Shown here piece by piece: positions 49,173-58,525 of a stretch of 64,000 nucleotides of DNA. The DNA is from Candidatus Poribacteria bacterium (GTDB taxonomy: Bacteria > Poribacteria > WGA-4E > UBA9662): positions 27,680-91,679 of the forward strand of contig JAYZAL010000041.1 in NCBI GenBank assembly GCA_036339735.1. Reading direction: 5' to 3'. Position numbers and translations under genes: made by a program. The notes under the pieces are model-generated. The model saw only the letters and a list, made by a program, of their open reading frames with translations. It was not told where the DNA came from and did not search any database. Every line of letters begins with the position of its first letter. The stretch's first letter is position 1.

Positions 49173-50177
49173 GTGAAAAATGCGCTAAACATCGTCTTTA
49201 GTACTATGTTGATTTGCTTTTTCTTTGTTAATGGGGTTGGTGCATTTGTCCTACTACGAATATTGCCTAGCAAAGTGGGAACACCAGACTTAGAAATGCC
49301 AAAACTGGAGGGTCTAAGCCTGAATCAGGCAAAGTATTTGATTCGTCGGCACCAACTAAAATTAGAACGCCCTGTGACATACCAAGCTGATTCAAAGGTT
49401 TTATTCGGTCACGTCGTAGCCCAGAAGCCTCCAGCTGACTTCAAGATAAAAACCGGACGAACAATTCGTTTAACAGTTAGTAGTGGTGAAGAAATGATCA
49501 CGGTTCCAAACCTTCTCGGAATGTCTCCTAGAGAAGCTGAACAAGTGCTAAACGAATCTGGGCTTCGCCGGGGCCAAGTGGCCGCAGTACATTCATCAGC
49601 CTTTCGAAAGGCTGATGTTGTCATGGCTCAATCACCAGAACCAGGGACATACAAAAAGAGACAGTCCTCTGTAAGCATTCTGTTGAGTCTTGGATTGAAA
49701 TCCTTTCCTTTCCTGATGCCTAATTTGGAAGGATTACAAATAGACCAAGTCAGATTAATACTCGAAGAAAATGGATTAAGAATTGGTCAAGAAGATTACC
49801 AGCCCAATAGCGAATTGGGTCCTGGTAGAATTATCGATCATCAACCATCTGTTAATACTGTGGTTCAAACGGGGCAAAAGGTTAATTTACAAATCAGTGG
49901 TACAGATAGAGTTGAGTTCGAAACAAGCTATTTCGTCGAAGTAGTACACACAGTATCAGGAATAAGTAAACAACTAGAAGATGATAATCTGCCAGCAGAA
50001 CGACTGCCTAAAAAATACGTGCAGATTATTATTGATGATCAGCGGGGACAAAAGCGAATTGTCAATTCGAACTATTGGCCAGGTACAATAATCCGAAAGC
50101 CTTATAAAGCAGTTGGGTCGGCTATGGTCCGCGTATATGAAGATTATGAACTAATTCGAGAAGAAATATTAGAATAA
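49173..50177 (+). CDS. Membrane-anchored protein with three PASTA domains (no kinase domain)
   Basis: N-terminal TM helix; three units MPKLEG / VPNLLG / MPNLEG...Q.P. Confidence 0.88.
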   Translation: MKNALNIVFSTMLICFFFVNGVGAFVLLRILPSKVGTPDLEMPKLEGLSLNQAKYLIRRHQLKLERPVTYQADSKVLFGHVVAQKPPADFKIKTGRTIRLTVSSGEEMITVPNLLGMSPREAEQVLNESGLRRGQVAAVHSSAFRKADVVMAQSPEPGTYKKRQSSVSILLSLGLKSFPFLMPNLEGLQIDQVRLILEENGLRIGQEDYQPNSELGPGRIIDHQPSVNTVVQTGQKVNLQISGTDRVEFETSYFVEVVHTVSGISKQLEDDNLPAERLPKKYVQIIIDDQRGQKRIVNSNYWPGTIIRKPYKAVGSAMVRVYEDYELIREEILE

Positions 50178-50208
50178 GCCCTTGTATCTAGTAAATTGGA
50201 GGTAAGAA

Positions 50209-50868
50209 GTGTTAGGCCACCCTAAAATTGCTCCTTCTTTGTTGGCTGCTGATTTCAGCCGGTTTGCTGACGAAGTTGAACGGGTCGAAGCTGCAGGTGC
50301 TGATCTTCTCCACTTCGATGTGATGGATGGGCACTTTGTGCCTAACTTGGGTCTCAGCCCCAACATAATCGCCGCATTACGGCCGTTAACTCCGCTTTTT
50401 TTTGATGTCCATTTAATGTTAACACATCCTCAAAAATATATTTCGGCCATTGTTTCTTCTGGTGCTGATCGAATTACACTGCATCTCGAAAACGAAACAG
50501 CAAGTGTGTCGCAGTTAATTGAACAGGTTCGCTCTCATCAGATTGAAGTAGGATTGGCAATCTGCCCGAAAACAAATGTTAGATTACTCGAACCTTACTT
50601 GCCTTTAGTAGACCTTGTTTTACCGATGAGCGTTCAACCAGGCTTTGGCGGTCAGATTTTTTTGCCAGACACATTGTACAAAATGAAATGGCTACACAAT
50701 GAGATCCAAAAAGATAATTTATCAGTAATAATTCAAGCAGATGGTGGTATAAACCTTGATACAGCTCCTAGCGTGATTGAAAATGGAGTAACGGAACTAG
50801 TCGCGGGTTCCGCAATTTTCAAATCAGATAACTATAGGAAGGTCATTCAGGAATTAAGAGGTGCGTAA
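50209..50868 (+). CDS. rpe: Ribulose-phosphate 3-epimerase
   Basis: IAPSLL, HFDVMDGHFVPN, DVHLM, MSVQPGFGGQ, DGGI, VAGSAIF. Confidence 0.97.
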   Translation: MLGHPKIAPSLLAADFSRFADEVERVEAAGADLLHFDVMDGHFVPNLGLSPNIIAALRPLTPLFFDVHLMLTHPQKYISAIVSSGADRITLHLENETASVSQLIEQVRSHQIEVGLAICPKTNVRLLEPYLPLVDLVLPMSVQPGFGGQIFLPDTLYKMKWLHNEIQKDNLSVIIQADGGINLDTAPSVIENGVTELVAGSAIFKSDNYRKVIQELRGA

Positions 50869-51619
50869 TTTTTACCTGGACGGATTAGGAAAAAATAGAT
50901 TCATAGGCGAATTGCTTCATGTTCCTGCAGATGAGAGACATCATATAGAATGTGTTTTGCGATTAGGGAACGGAGACCAAGTCAATTTCCTAGATGGGGA
51001 GGGGTATTGTTATAGGGTTGAACTTCAAAGTGATGGACGACAATTGTTAGGCAAAGTTCTGGAATCAAGGTATGTGTCTCCCATACAGCCTAAAATTACA
51101 TTATTTCAAGGATTACCAAAGTTTGATAAAATGCGGCAGATCGTTAGGCAAAGTACCGAGGTCGGTGTTGACCGGATTGTTCCAATGATTTGTGAGCGCT
51201 CGATACCCAAATATAACAGCGAATCAGTTCACAAAAAAGTCAGTCGATGGCAGAAAATCAGTAACCAGAGTGCTAGGCAAAGTTGCCGTTATCATTTTAT
51301 AAATATCGATCCGCCTATGAATAGTATGAGTTGTCTCACACAAGGTTCCAATTTTGACTTGGCTATACTATTTTATGAACTAGAATCCAAATTATTCATT
51401 CGTTCAATCATAAACCAGAAGGAAACTCTTGAGTCAGTCGCGTTATTCGTGGGACCGGAAGGAGGATTCACGAATGGCGAAGTTGAAATAGCCAAAGCTC
51501 ATGGTATCCTAACGGCTTCCCTCGGCCATAATATTCTTCGAACTGAAACAGCTCCTATCGTTGCTGCTTCTTTGCTAGTTTATGAACTTAGACACAAAAA
51601 GATGGACATTCATGACTGA
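50861..51619 (+). CDS. rsmE: 16S rRNA m3U1498 methyltransferase RsmE
   Basis: HI..VLRL, TEVGV, A.QS.R, VGPEGGF, LG.NILRTETA. Confidence 0.95.
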   Translation: MRNFYLDGLGKNRFIGELLHVPADERHHIECVLRLGNGDQVNFLDGEGYCYRVELQSDGRQLLGKVLESRYVSPIQPKITLFQGLPKFDKMRQIVRQSTEVGVDRIVPMICERSIPKYNSESVHKKVSRWQKISNQSARQSCRYHFINIDPPMNSMSCLTQGSNFDLAILFYELESKLFIRSIINQKETLESVALFVGPEGGFTNGEVEIAKAHGILTASLGHNILRTETAPIVAASLLVYELRHKKMDIHD

Positions 51620-53060
51620 AATTAACCCAAATAGCACTAATGTCGTTCCAACTGCAGCAATTCTCACCTTCGGTTGTAAGGTTAATCAGTATGATTCTAA
51701 TGCAATGCGATCAACTCTGATTCGCAAGGGGTACCGAATTGTGTCCGAAACGCAATCAGCAGATGTTTACATTGTAAATACTTGTACAGTAACCAACGTG
51801 GCTGATCAGAAAGCACGACAGATAATTCGGCGTGTTGCCAAGAAAAATCCACAAGCTAAGGTCTTGGTGACTGGATGTTACGCTGAGAGTGATCGTGGAA
51901 CATTAGAAGGAATAGATGGTGTCTCACTAGTTTTTGGCAATAGAGAGAAAGCAGATTTAGACCAATACCTAGAAAAAATTCAGCCCAATCAACCAAATTC
52001 AGACTTATTACAAATTGAGCCAGTTCAACACGACGCTATTCGGGAACATGCTAACTTTAGCTTGAGTGTTGCAGATACAGGAGATCGAACAAGAGGTATT
52101 ATTAAAGTTCAGGATGGATGTAGTGCATTCTGTACCTATTGCATTATTCCCTATGTACGTGGACGAATGACTAGTCGACCGATTTCGGAAATTATCGCTG
52201 AAGCGAAGATGCTTTCGTTAAGTGGCGCTAAAGAGATTGTCTTAACCGGTGTACACCTTGGTTCTTATGGTATTGATAAACAAAACACGGGTGAATTGAC
52301 TGACAGATCTCGCCGGGAGACTGTTGCAGACATTTTGGAGGCAGTCCATTCTATCAATGGTATTGAACGGATTCGATTGAGTTCGATCGAGCCGATGAAT
52401 TTTCCATTTGAATTAGTTGCCAGAATGGCTAACTTACCAAAGTGCATGCCTCATTTTCATTTGCCACTACAGTCTGGTTCTGATCAAACCCTAGAACGTA
52501 TGCGCCGTCGTTACACAGCGGACGAATTTATGCGATTAGTTGATCATATCAGATCGGTTTTCCCTGAGGTTGGTTTAACTACTGATATAATGGTTGGGTT
52601 TCCTGGTGAAACCAACCAAGATTTTGAAGAATCACTTCAGTTCGTAAATAAAATTGGCTTTAGCCAGTTGCACGTATTTCGTTATTCACCTAGAAATGGG
52701 ACGCCAGCCGCCGAGTTTGAGAATCAAATTCCATCTCATATTTCCTCTGAGCGAAGCAAACGAATGATAGAAATAGGTCGGGAGAGTGCAGATAATTTCC
52801 GACAAAAGATGATTGGTCGAGCTACAAGGATTTTAGTGGAAAGTGTGACCGATAATTGTCAAGGCTCAGGATTCACAGATAATTACCTTCGTACAGAGAT
52901 CAACGGATACTTTAGGCAGACCAACCAGATTATACCCGTCGTTTTAACAGGTATAAAAGGAGATGTAATGCAAGCTGAAATTATTGATTTCTCATACAAA
53001 AATAATAATCTTGACTCATCTATTTCTCCAGGATTGAAATTCCTAGATTCAAGTATCTAA
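51612..53060 (+). CDS. mtaB: tRNA t6A37 methylthiotransferase MtaB
   Basis: GCKVNQYD, NTCTVT..ADQKARQ, TGCYA, KVQDGCSAFCTYC (radical SAM), HLPLQSG, HVFRYSPR.GT, TDNY; follows rsmE. Confidence 0.93.
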   Translation: MTEINPNSTNVVPTAAILTFGCKVNQYDSNAMRSTLIRKGYRIVSETQSADVYIVNTCTVTNVADQKARQIIRRVAKKNPQAKVLVTGCYAESDRGTLEGIDGVSLVFGNREKADLDQYLEKIQPNQPNSDLLQIEPVQHDAIREHANFSLSVADTGDRTRGIIKVQDGCSAFCTYCIIPYVRGRMTSRPISEIIAEAKMLSLSGAKEIVLTGVHLGSYGIDKQNTGELTDRSRRETVADILEAVHSINGIERIRLSSIEPMNFPFELVARMANLPKCMPHFHLPLQSGSDQTLERMRRRYTADEFMRLVDHIRSVFPEVGLTTDIMVGFPGETNQDFEESLQFVNKIGFSQLHVFRYSPRNGTPAAEFENQIPSHISSERSKRMIEIGRESADNFRQKMIGRATRILVESVTDNCQGSGFTDNYLRTEINGYFRQTNQIIPVVLTGIKGDVMQAEIIDFSYKNNNLDSSISPGLKFLDSSI

Positions 53061-53117
53061 ACAAGATGTGTTAGTTGTCATGACTTTTTTGATAGTATAC
53101 AAACTCTAATAACATTT

Positions 53118-53870
53118 CTAAGATGTTGGTGGTGTCCATCCCATGACGGTTCCGAAACTAGCGAATTGGCTTTTTTCACCTGAGGTCAAAATGCGCGAGC
53201 CTTGTACCACTACTTTAGACTTTCCGCTAGTTATTTTATAACTAGTTGGTGCGTTTTTCCTAATCATTGGGGCACCTTTTTGATCGACTAATTGATCTAA
53301 GCGGAAATGTATTGATTGGCAAGATTTAACCTCAAACTCGCAAGAAGTTGACTCTAATTCGAGATCTTCATATAATATTTCTAGTAGGCAAATTGTGTCA
53401 AAATCGGAGGTGTTGGAAACACAAATCGACTCGTGAGAAAAGTATCCTTCACCATTTGATTGCCAAATTTTTTCTTGCTCGGTTAGTTCAGCCATGAAAC
53501 CGTCGGGGACCAGCCAAACGTAGGATCCATCTCCCAAGAAGTGGTAGTTAGTAGTAGCTTTCTGGAGCGCTGTGGCTGTCGAACGTAAATCATCGAATTG
53601 ACTGAGAGTGATGGTCAGAAATCGGTCATTCAGGTTAATGCCGACCATATTTTTGACCTGATCACGTAATTTACCGTTCACATTGAATAACAAGCGATCA
53701 TCAGACAATAACTGTACTCTCCCAAGACGATGAGCCGATAACCATGCACTAAAACTATCATTTAACATGGTGCTAATAGTTTCATAATCCGATGAGCCGA
53801 GAGCCTTTTGGTAATCTCTTACCGAAGTTAAAATCTCTATTAATTGTTGGTTCTGAAAGTCTGAAGACAT
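53118..53870 (-). CDS. ASRT (sensory rhodopsin transducer)-domain protein with an extra N-terminal domain
   Basis: C-terminal ~135 aa W..PDG...SHESIC..NT......I.YED......V....S.HFR......VVVQ.SR matches the ASRT pattern I recall. Confidence 0.7.
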   Translation of the reverse strand: MSSDFQNQQLIEILTSVRDYQKALGSSDYETISTMLNDSFSAWLSAHRLGRVQLLSDDRLLFNVNGKLRDQVKNMVGINLNDRFLTITLSQFDDLRSTATALQKATTNYHFLGDGSYVWLVPDGFMAELTEQEKIWQSNGEGYFSHESICVSNTSDFDTICLLEILYEDLELESTSCEFEVKSCQSIHFRLDQLVDQKGAPMIRKNAPTSYKITSGKSKVVVQGSRILTSGEKSQFASFGTVMGWTPPTS

Positions 53871-53926
53871 CGTTTTTCCCTTTCTAGTAGAATAGCACTT
53901 AAATAATTACATTTACGGAGACTATA

Positions 53927-54172
53927 ATGACAATCATACAAACAGAGCAAATTAAACAAGCATTAGAGTCCATGTTTTATAGCATAAAGATGAAAGAAAA
54001 TATTGCTCAAAATTTGGCCGAGATTGAACGTTTAAGACGAGAAGTCCAGTCCACAGCACCAGCACAGTTGAATCACTTTCTAGAACGTCGTAGTTACACA
54101 AAAGCTCTCGAGTACATAACTAGCGGTGCTGTATCCAAAAACCCTGAGCAACCAGCCTGTTCATCTGATTAG
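53927..54172 (+). CDS. Small hypothetical helical protein
   Basis: GGAG RBS; 81 aa with LNHFLERRSYTKAL segment. Confidence 0.6.
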   Translation: MTIIQTEQIKQALESMFYSIKMKENIAQNLAEIERLRREVQSTAPAQLNHFLERRSYTKALEYITSGAVSKNPEQPACSSD

Positions 54173-54426
54173 TCTTGGCTTTCTTTTTCTTCATCATGAC
54201 TCACGCTTTGTACGCAAAGATCCAACGTTACAAATCGGTAACCAAGTGATTTGATTTCTTCAACAATCAGATCTCTTTGTTCAATTGCTTTCCCAATTTG
54301 GTGATCAGGTAACCCAATTTGTAAGATCCGCTGATGCTCGCTCAACTTTGGTTTTTCAAAACCTAAATCTTTTAAAAAGTCCTCAGCTTTTATCAGTGAG
54401 GTCTCAGTCTTAGTTGATTTTGTCAT
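54169..54426 (-). CDS. Stand-alone LarE C-terminal-domain-like protein
   Basis: AEDFLKDLGF ... RDLIVEEIKSLGYRFVTLDL resembles the LarE/TIGR00268 C-terminus; starts 7 bp after the GT4 gene. Confidence 0.6.
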   Translation of the reverse strand: MTKSTKTETSLIKAEDFLKDLGFEKPKLSEHQRILQIGLPDHQIGKAIEQRDLIVEEIKSLGYRFVTLDLCVQSVSHDEEKESQD

Positions 54427-54433
54427 TTTGTAT

Positions 54434-55597
54434 TCACTGTTCTATTTTTCTACCAATAGAACGTTGATAAATTTCTAGATAAGATTCAGCTATGTTCTTC
54501 CAATCATATGGTTGTACCTTTTGGTAACTGGCTCTACCCATCTGTAATCTCTTATGGGGTTGGTTAATCAATGCGACAATTTTTTCAGCGATTTCTTCTA
54601 TGTTACCTGCTGAAACCAAGTATCCATTTTCACCATAAGTTACAAGATCTTCAATTCCTTGAACCCGACTGGCAACAATTGGCAGACCTGCTCCCATTGC
54701 TTCTAAGACTACTAATGGCATTCCTTCTGCCGAGGAACAAAGTGTAAAAATATCTGATCGATGGTATTTTCTTGGTAATTCCTCATAATCAACTGATCCA
54801 CTAAACTGAATGTAAACACCAATCCGGAGTTGGTGGACTAATTTTTTTAGCTCTACTTGGTAAGGTCCATCACCGATAATTTCAATCTTAAAAGGGTATT
54901 TGGCTGATTGAATAATTTTCGGCACAGCTCGAATCAAGTATTGAAATCCTTTCCGAGGAATCAACCTTCCAACAGTCAAAATCCTAATACAACTACTATT
55001 CAAAGGTCGGTTTGTATGTACAAACCGATCTAATTCTAACCCGTCTGGTAGTACGGTAATCGGTAGTTTGTTGTCGGTTTGCATCGCCAGCTGTTTTAGG
55101 CCATAACTGCACGCAATTACTTGGTCAGCAGATCGCCAAATACTACGAATCACAGGTTTCAACAACCAATATAGCCAGCGATAGTACGCGGGATCTGGAT
55201 TTATACGAGGGACATCGCGACCTCCCAAAAATACCACATAAGGTAATTTTCGGACTTTACGTAACCAATAAGCACAAAACCCAGATGGAATACCAAAGAA
55301 TACCTGTACTATGTCGGGATGAAAGTCATTGGCAATTGAATGACCGTAGTAGGTCGAACTGACCACATAGGTCATCATCTCGTGAACCGCACATACATCA
55401 GGACTTTTTCGTAAGGTAGGTACCCGAATGATGTTCATACCTTCAACAATTTCATTGACTGGTAAATCCTGAAACTGAGAAGTGACAACAGTTACTTGAT
55501 GTCCTACAGATACGAAATGTTTTCCCAAAAAATACGTTACCCAACCACCTCCACCACCAATTGGTGGAAATTCATAATTGAACATCAAGATCTTCAT
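54434..55597 (-). CDS. Glycosyltransferase family 4
   Basis: NYEFPPIGGG, VGRLIPRKG, EGMPLVVLEAM (Ex7E), GENG. Confidence 0.93.
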   Translation of the reverse strand: MKILMFNYEFPPIGGGGGWVTYFLGKHFVSVGHQVTVVTSQFQDLPVNEIVEGMNIIRVPTLRKSPDVCAVHEMMTYVVSSTYYGHSIANDFHPDIVQVFFGIPSGFCAYWLRKVRKLPYVVFLGGRDVPRINPDPAYYRWLYWLLKPVIRSIWRSADQVIACSYGLKQLAMQTDNKLPITVLPDGLELDRFVHTNRPLNSSCIRILTVGRLIPRKGFQYLIRAVPKIIQSAKYPFKIEIIGDGPYQVELKKLVHQLRIGVYIQFSGSVDYEELPRKYHRSDIFTLCSSAEGMPLVVLEAMGAGLPIVASRVQGIEDLVTYGENGYLVSAGNIEEIAEKIVALINQPHKRLQMGRASYQKVQPYDWKNIAESYLEIYQRSIGRKIEQ

Positions 55598-55731
55598 ACT
55601 ATTACTTAGGATACACTAAGCTGGCGGACCTTCGTCAACTCAAATTGGTTATATAAATAATTTCTATCATGACACCTAAATTAGCAACACACGCATGAAT
55701 CCGAATAAATTATAGAAAGGTAATTTCTTGA

Positions 55732-55760
55732 TTGACCAATCAAGTTTGTTGTGCTAGGAT
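55732..55760 (+). promoter_or_regulatory. Sigma-70-type promoter for the PHP gene
   Basis: TTGACC-N17-TAGGAT with TGn extension; supports a start at 55796 rather than 55751. Confidence 0.6.
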
Positions 55761-55795
55761 CAGCGTCTCTTAACAATCGAATATGGGTGCCGAAA

Positions 55796-56698
55796 ATGAG
55801 AATCAATCCATTCAAATCAGACGGTCAATGGTATCGAGGGAACACTCACAGCCATAGTACGGAATCGGACGGTCAATTGTCAATGAAGGAACGTTTCGAT
55901 GCTTACCGTGAGCGCAATTATGACTTTCTGGTGTTGACTGACCATCGAATAGTTAACGATGTTTCTAACTTCAGTACTGATGACTTTTTAGCCATTTCTG
56001 GTAGTGAAGTTCATCCGTCAAACCCTTATGGGGGAGATACTTACCATATTGTAGCCATCAATATTCACGAACCGATTAATTGTTCTGTGATGCATCCAAA
56101 CGATGTGATTAAAGATATCAAAAATCAGGGTGGAGAAGCTGTACTATGCCATCCTTATTGGTGTGGTCATAACTTGTTGGACTATTTACCTTTGGAAGAT
56201 TATTTTGCAATTGAAGTTTACAATGATACCTGTATGGGTATAGGTAAAGGATTTTCAGAGCAAGCTTGGGACGATTTGTTAGACAAAGCTGGCATGGTTT
56301 ATGGGATTGCTGCAGATGATTCTCATGGAGTTGAACATGATTGTTTTCATGCTTGGATCAATGTAAAAGCATCTTCACTGACAACTCAAGGAATTATGGA
56401 TGCGCTACGGAACGGTGCTTTTTACTCAACTCTGGGGCCCGAAATCTATGATTTAGACTTGATTGATAACGAAGAAGATCCAACTAAAAAAGGTAAAAAG
56501 ATTGTGATCAAATGCGAACCAGTGGAATCTATTACCTTTAAATCCCAGCGGAGTCGAGGTCGGCACATTACTGCTGTGAATGGTAAGTTACTGACCGAGG
56601 CTGAGTATCTTATTCCGAATAGTGCAAAATATGTACGCGTTGAGGTGACTAGACCTGATGGGAAAAAGGCTTGGACTAACCCGTTCTACCTCTCTTAA
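55796..56698 (+). CDS. PHP-domain metallohydrolase (CehA/McbA-like)
   Basis: GNTHSHSTESDG, LTDH, E, H, CHPYW, IEVYN, DDSH, AWTNP. Confidence 0.88.
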   Translation: MRINPFKSDGQWYRGNTHSHSTESDGQLSMKERFDAYRERNYDFLVLTDHRIVNDVSNFSTDDFLAISGSEVHPSNPYGGDTYHIVAINIHEPINCSVMHPNDVIKDIKNQGGEAVLCHPYWCGHNLLDYLPLEDYFAIEVYNDTCMGIGKGFSEQAWDDLLDKAGMVYGIAADDSHGVEHDCFHAWINVKASSLTTQGIMDALRNGAFYSTLGPEIYDLDLIDNEEDPTKKGKKIVIKCEPVESITFKSQRSRGRHITAVNGKLLTEAEYLIPNSAKYVRVEVTRPDGKKAWTNPFYLS

Positions 56699-56814
56699 CT
56701 AAGGCTTGTATACTGGTTATAATATCGGGCCTTTCTTGTAGTGGTCTGTACAGTTCTAAGTTTGGCTCAAAACTATTTTTTCTAATTGATTTGTTTGTTG
56801 TATCGGTGTGCCAT

Positions 56815-56844
56815 TTGACACAACAGATGACATGCTGGTAGAAT
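56815..56844 (+). promoter_or_regulatory. Near-consensus sigma-70 promoter
   Basis: TTGACA (56815-20), N18, TAGAAT (56839-44) with TGn extension, 40 nt before ORF 56884. Confidence 0.65.
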
Positions 56845-56883
56845 GACTAAGCTATTTTTAAACCTTTATTTATTCTGTTCAGG

Positions 56884-57120
56884 ATGGGATTTATGAGTCT
56901 CCAATCAGCACAAGGCTCTTCGTCTGTAAATGGCTACTACAGCCGATTAGGTAGTTATATAAAAGACTCTGGGCAAAGTCCAAGTTCTCAACCACCACCT
57001 CGATTGGTACAGGAAGATACAGCAGTGAAAGCTGAAGTCGCTTCAAAAGCCGGGAATGTAGTAAAAAGCCAAGAAGGTAAACTTTCTGGGCAAGGAATAT
57101 TACTCGACCGACAAGGCTAG
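56884..57120 (+). CDS. Small S/Q/G-rich hypothetical protein
   Basis: 78-aa ORF behind a near-consensus promoter; ends GQGILLDRQG. Confidence 0.55.
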   Translation: MGFMSLQSAQGSSSVNGYYSRLGSYIKDSGQSPSSQPPPRLVQEDTAVKAEVASKAGNVVKSQEGKLSGQGILLDRQG

Positions 57121-57432
57121 AAATCTTGGGTTAAAAATATTCTTTCTTACTAATGTAACTCAGTTAAGGCCCGCCTTAGAGCAGCAAAGAATATAATTAC
57201 GTAGTATTGACGTTTGCTGTACTGATTTCTGCCAGATAATGTTAGGCCACACCACTTTTTGCGATCGAGATGGCCTATTTGGTGTTTAGTGCTACGTTCA
57301 ATCCTTCACTTTAACCCTTAGTACTATTTCCTATTTACGGCTTGTAATCGTAGATCCTTTGTATTTCTATTAAAGTTAAATGATTTCTCATAATCTGGTT
57401 AGTATTTGTGGTGTTGGAGTTTTTGTACAACT

Positions 57433-58431
57433 ATGAAAGTATTAGTGATAGGTGGAACCGGGAATATAAGTCGTCGAATTGTTTCTGCTCTGTTGGAACG
57501 AAATCATCAAGTTACAATTTTTAACAGAGGGCAACACCCAGATTCTCCTCCAGAAGGAGTCCGGACAATTATTGGAGATCGGAAACAGAGATCCCATTTT
57601 GAACAAACAATGAAGGCAAATACATTTGATGTTGTTATCGATATGATATCTTTTAATGAAGAAGATGCTGATTCTGCCATTCGCGCGTTCGAAGGTCGAA
57701 TTCAACACTTTATTCAGTGCTCTACTGTGATGACCTATGGTCCACCTTTTCCCCGTAACGGCATTAATATAACCGAAAACGATTATCTGAATGGAAAATC
57801 GGCTTATGCTCTAGGAAAAATAGCAGCTGATAACCTACTCTTAAAATCATACCTAGAAGACGATTTTCCTGTCACTATTTTGAAACCATCTTATACCTAC
57901 GGCCCAGGGGTTAACGTTCATCGTCAAATTGGTGGAGATGGTAGTTGGATTGACCGTTTACGGAAGGGAAAACCTATTTTGTCTGCCGGTGATGGATTAA
58001 ACCTATTTCAATTTTTATCATCTCACGATGCTGGGGAAGGGTTTGCTGAAGTGGTAAATAGGAAGGAATGTTTAGGGCAAGTTTACAACATTGTCCATCC
58101 TGATGCTATCACTTGGAATCAATGGCATTGTTCGGTAGCCAAAGCTCTTGAGGTTGAAATACGGACTGTACCTGTTGCCCAAGAAACGCTGGTCGCCATT
58201 AACTCAGATCGATTCAAAGGCCTAGCGGGTAACTTTGGTCATACTCAGGTTTTCGACAATCAAAAATTAGCCAAAGTAATTCCCAATTTTCGACCTAAAA
58301 CACCTCTGGTAGAAAGTTTGTTGGAAAATATCGAATGGATGGATCAGCATAATCGAATACCAAATAGTGATGAAGACTTGCTAGAGGATAAAATTATCTC
58401 GGCGATAAGAAAACTACCAACCCAAATTTAG
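57433..58431 (+). CDS. NAD-dependent epimerase/dehydratase (extended/atypical SDR)
   Basis: MKVLVIGGTGNIS, FNRG, GDR, CST, YALGK (YxxxK), PSYTYGP. Confidence 0.9.
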   Translation: MKVLVIGGTGNISRRIVSALLERNHQVTIFNRGQHPDSPPEGVRTIIGDRKQRSHFEQTMKANTFDVVIDMISFNEEDADSAIRAFEGRIQHFIQCSTVMTYGPPFPRNGINITENDYLNGKSAYALGKIAADNLLLKSYLEDDFPVTILKPSYTYGPGVNVHRQIGGDGSWIDRLRKGKPILSAGDGLNLFQFLSSHDAGEGFAEVVNRKECLGQVYNIVHPDAITWNQWHCSVAKALEVEIRTVPVAQETLVAINSDRFKGLAGNFGHTQVFDNQKLAKVIPNFRPKTPLVESLLENIEWMDQHNRIPNSDEDLLEDKIISAIRKLPTQI

Positions 58432-58441
58432 TCTCGAAGGC

Positions 58442-58473
58442 TTCGTCTAAATGGATAAACGGTGTTAGACGAA
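58442..58473. terminator. Stem-loop between convergent genes (possible bidirectional terminator)
   Basis: TTCGTCTAA (58442-50) / TTAGACGAA (58465-73). Confidence 0.45.
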
Positions 58474-58525
58474 TATAAAGCTATTTTTGTTCGTAACTTC
58501 GAAGTATTTATCTGTAGCAGAAAAG

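Noticed and set aside
56799-56813. Possible sigma-54 promoter (TGGCAC on the minus strand)
   Set aside because: The -12 position reads TACA rather than TTGC, and no suitably oriented gene follows
57285-57310. tRNA T-loop-like GTTCAATCC
   Set aside because: No T-stem, acceptor stem or cloverleaf can be formed
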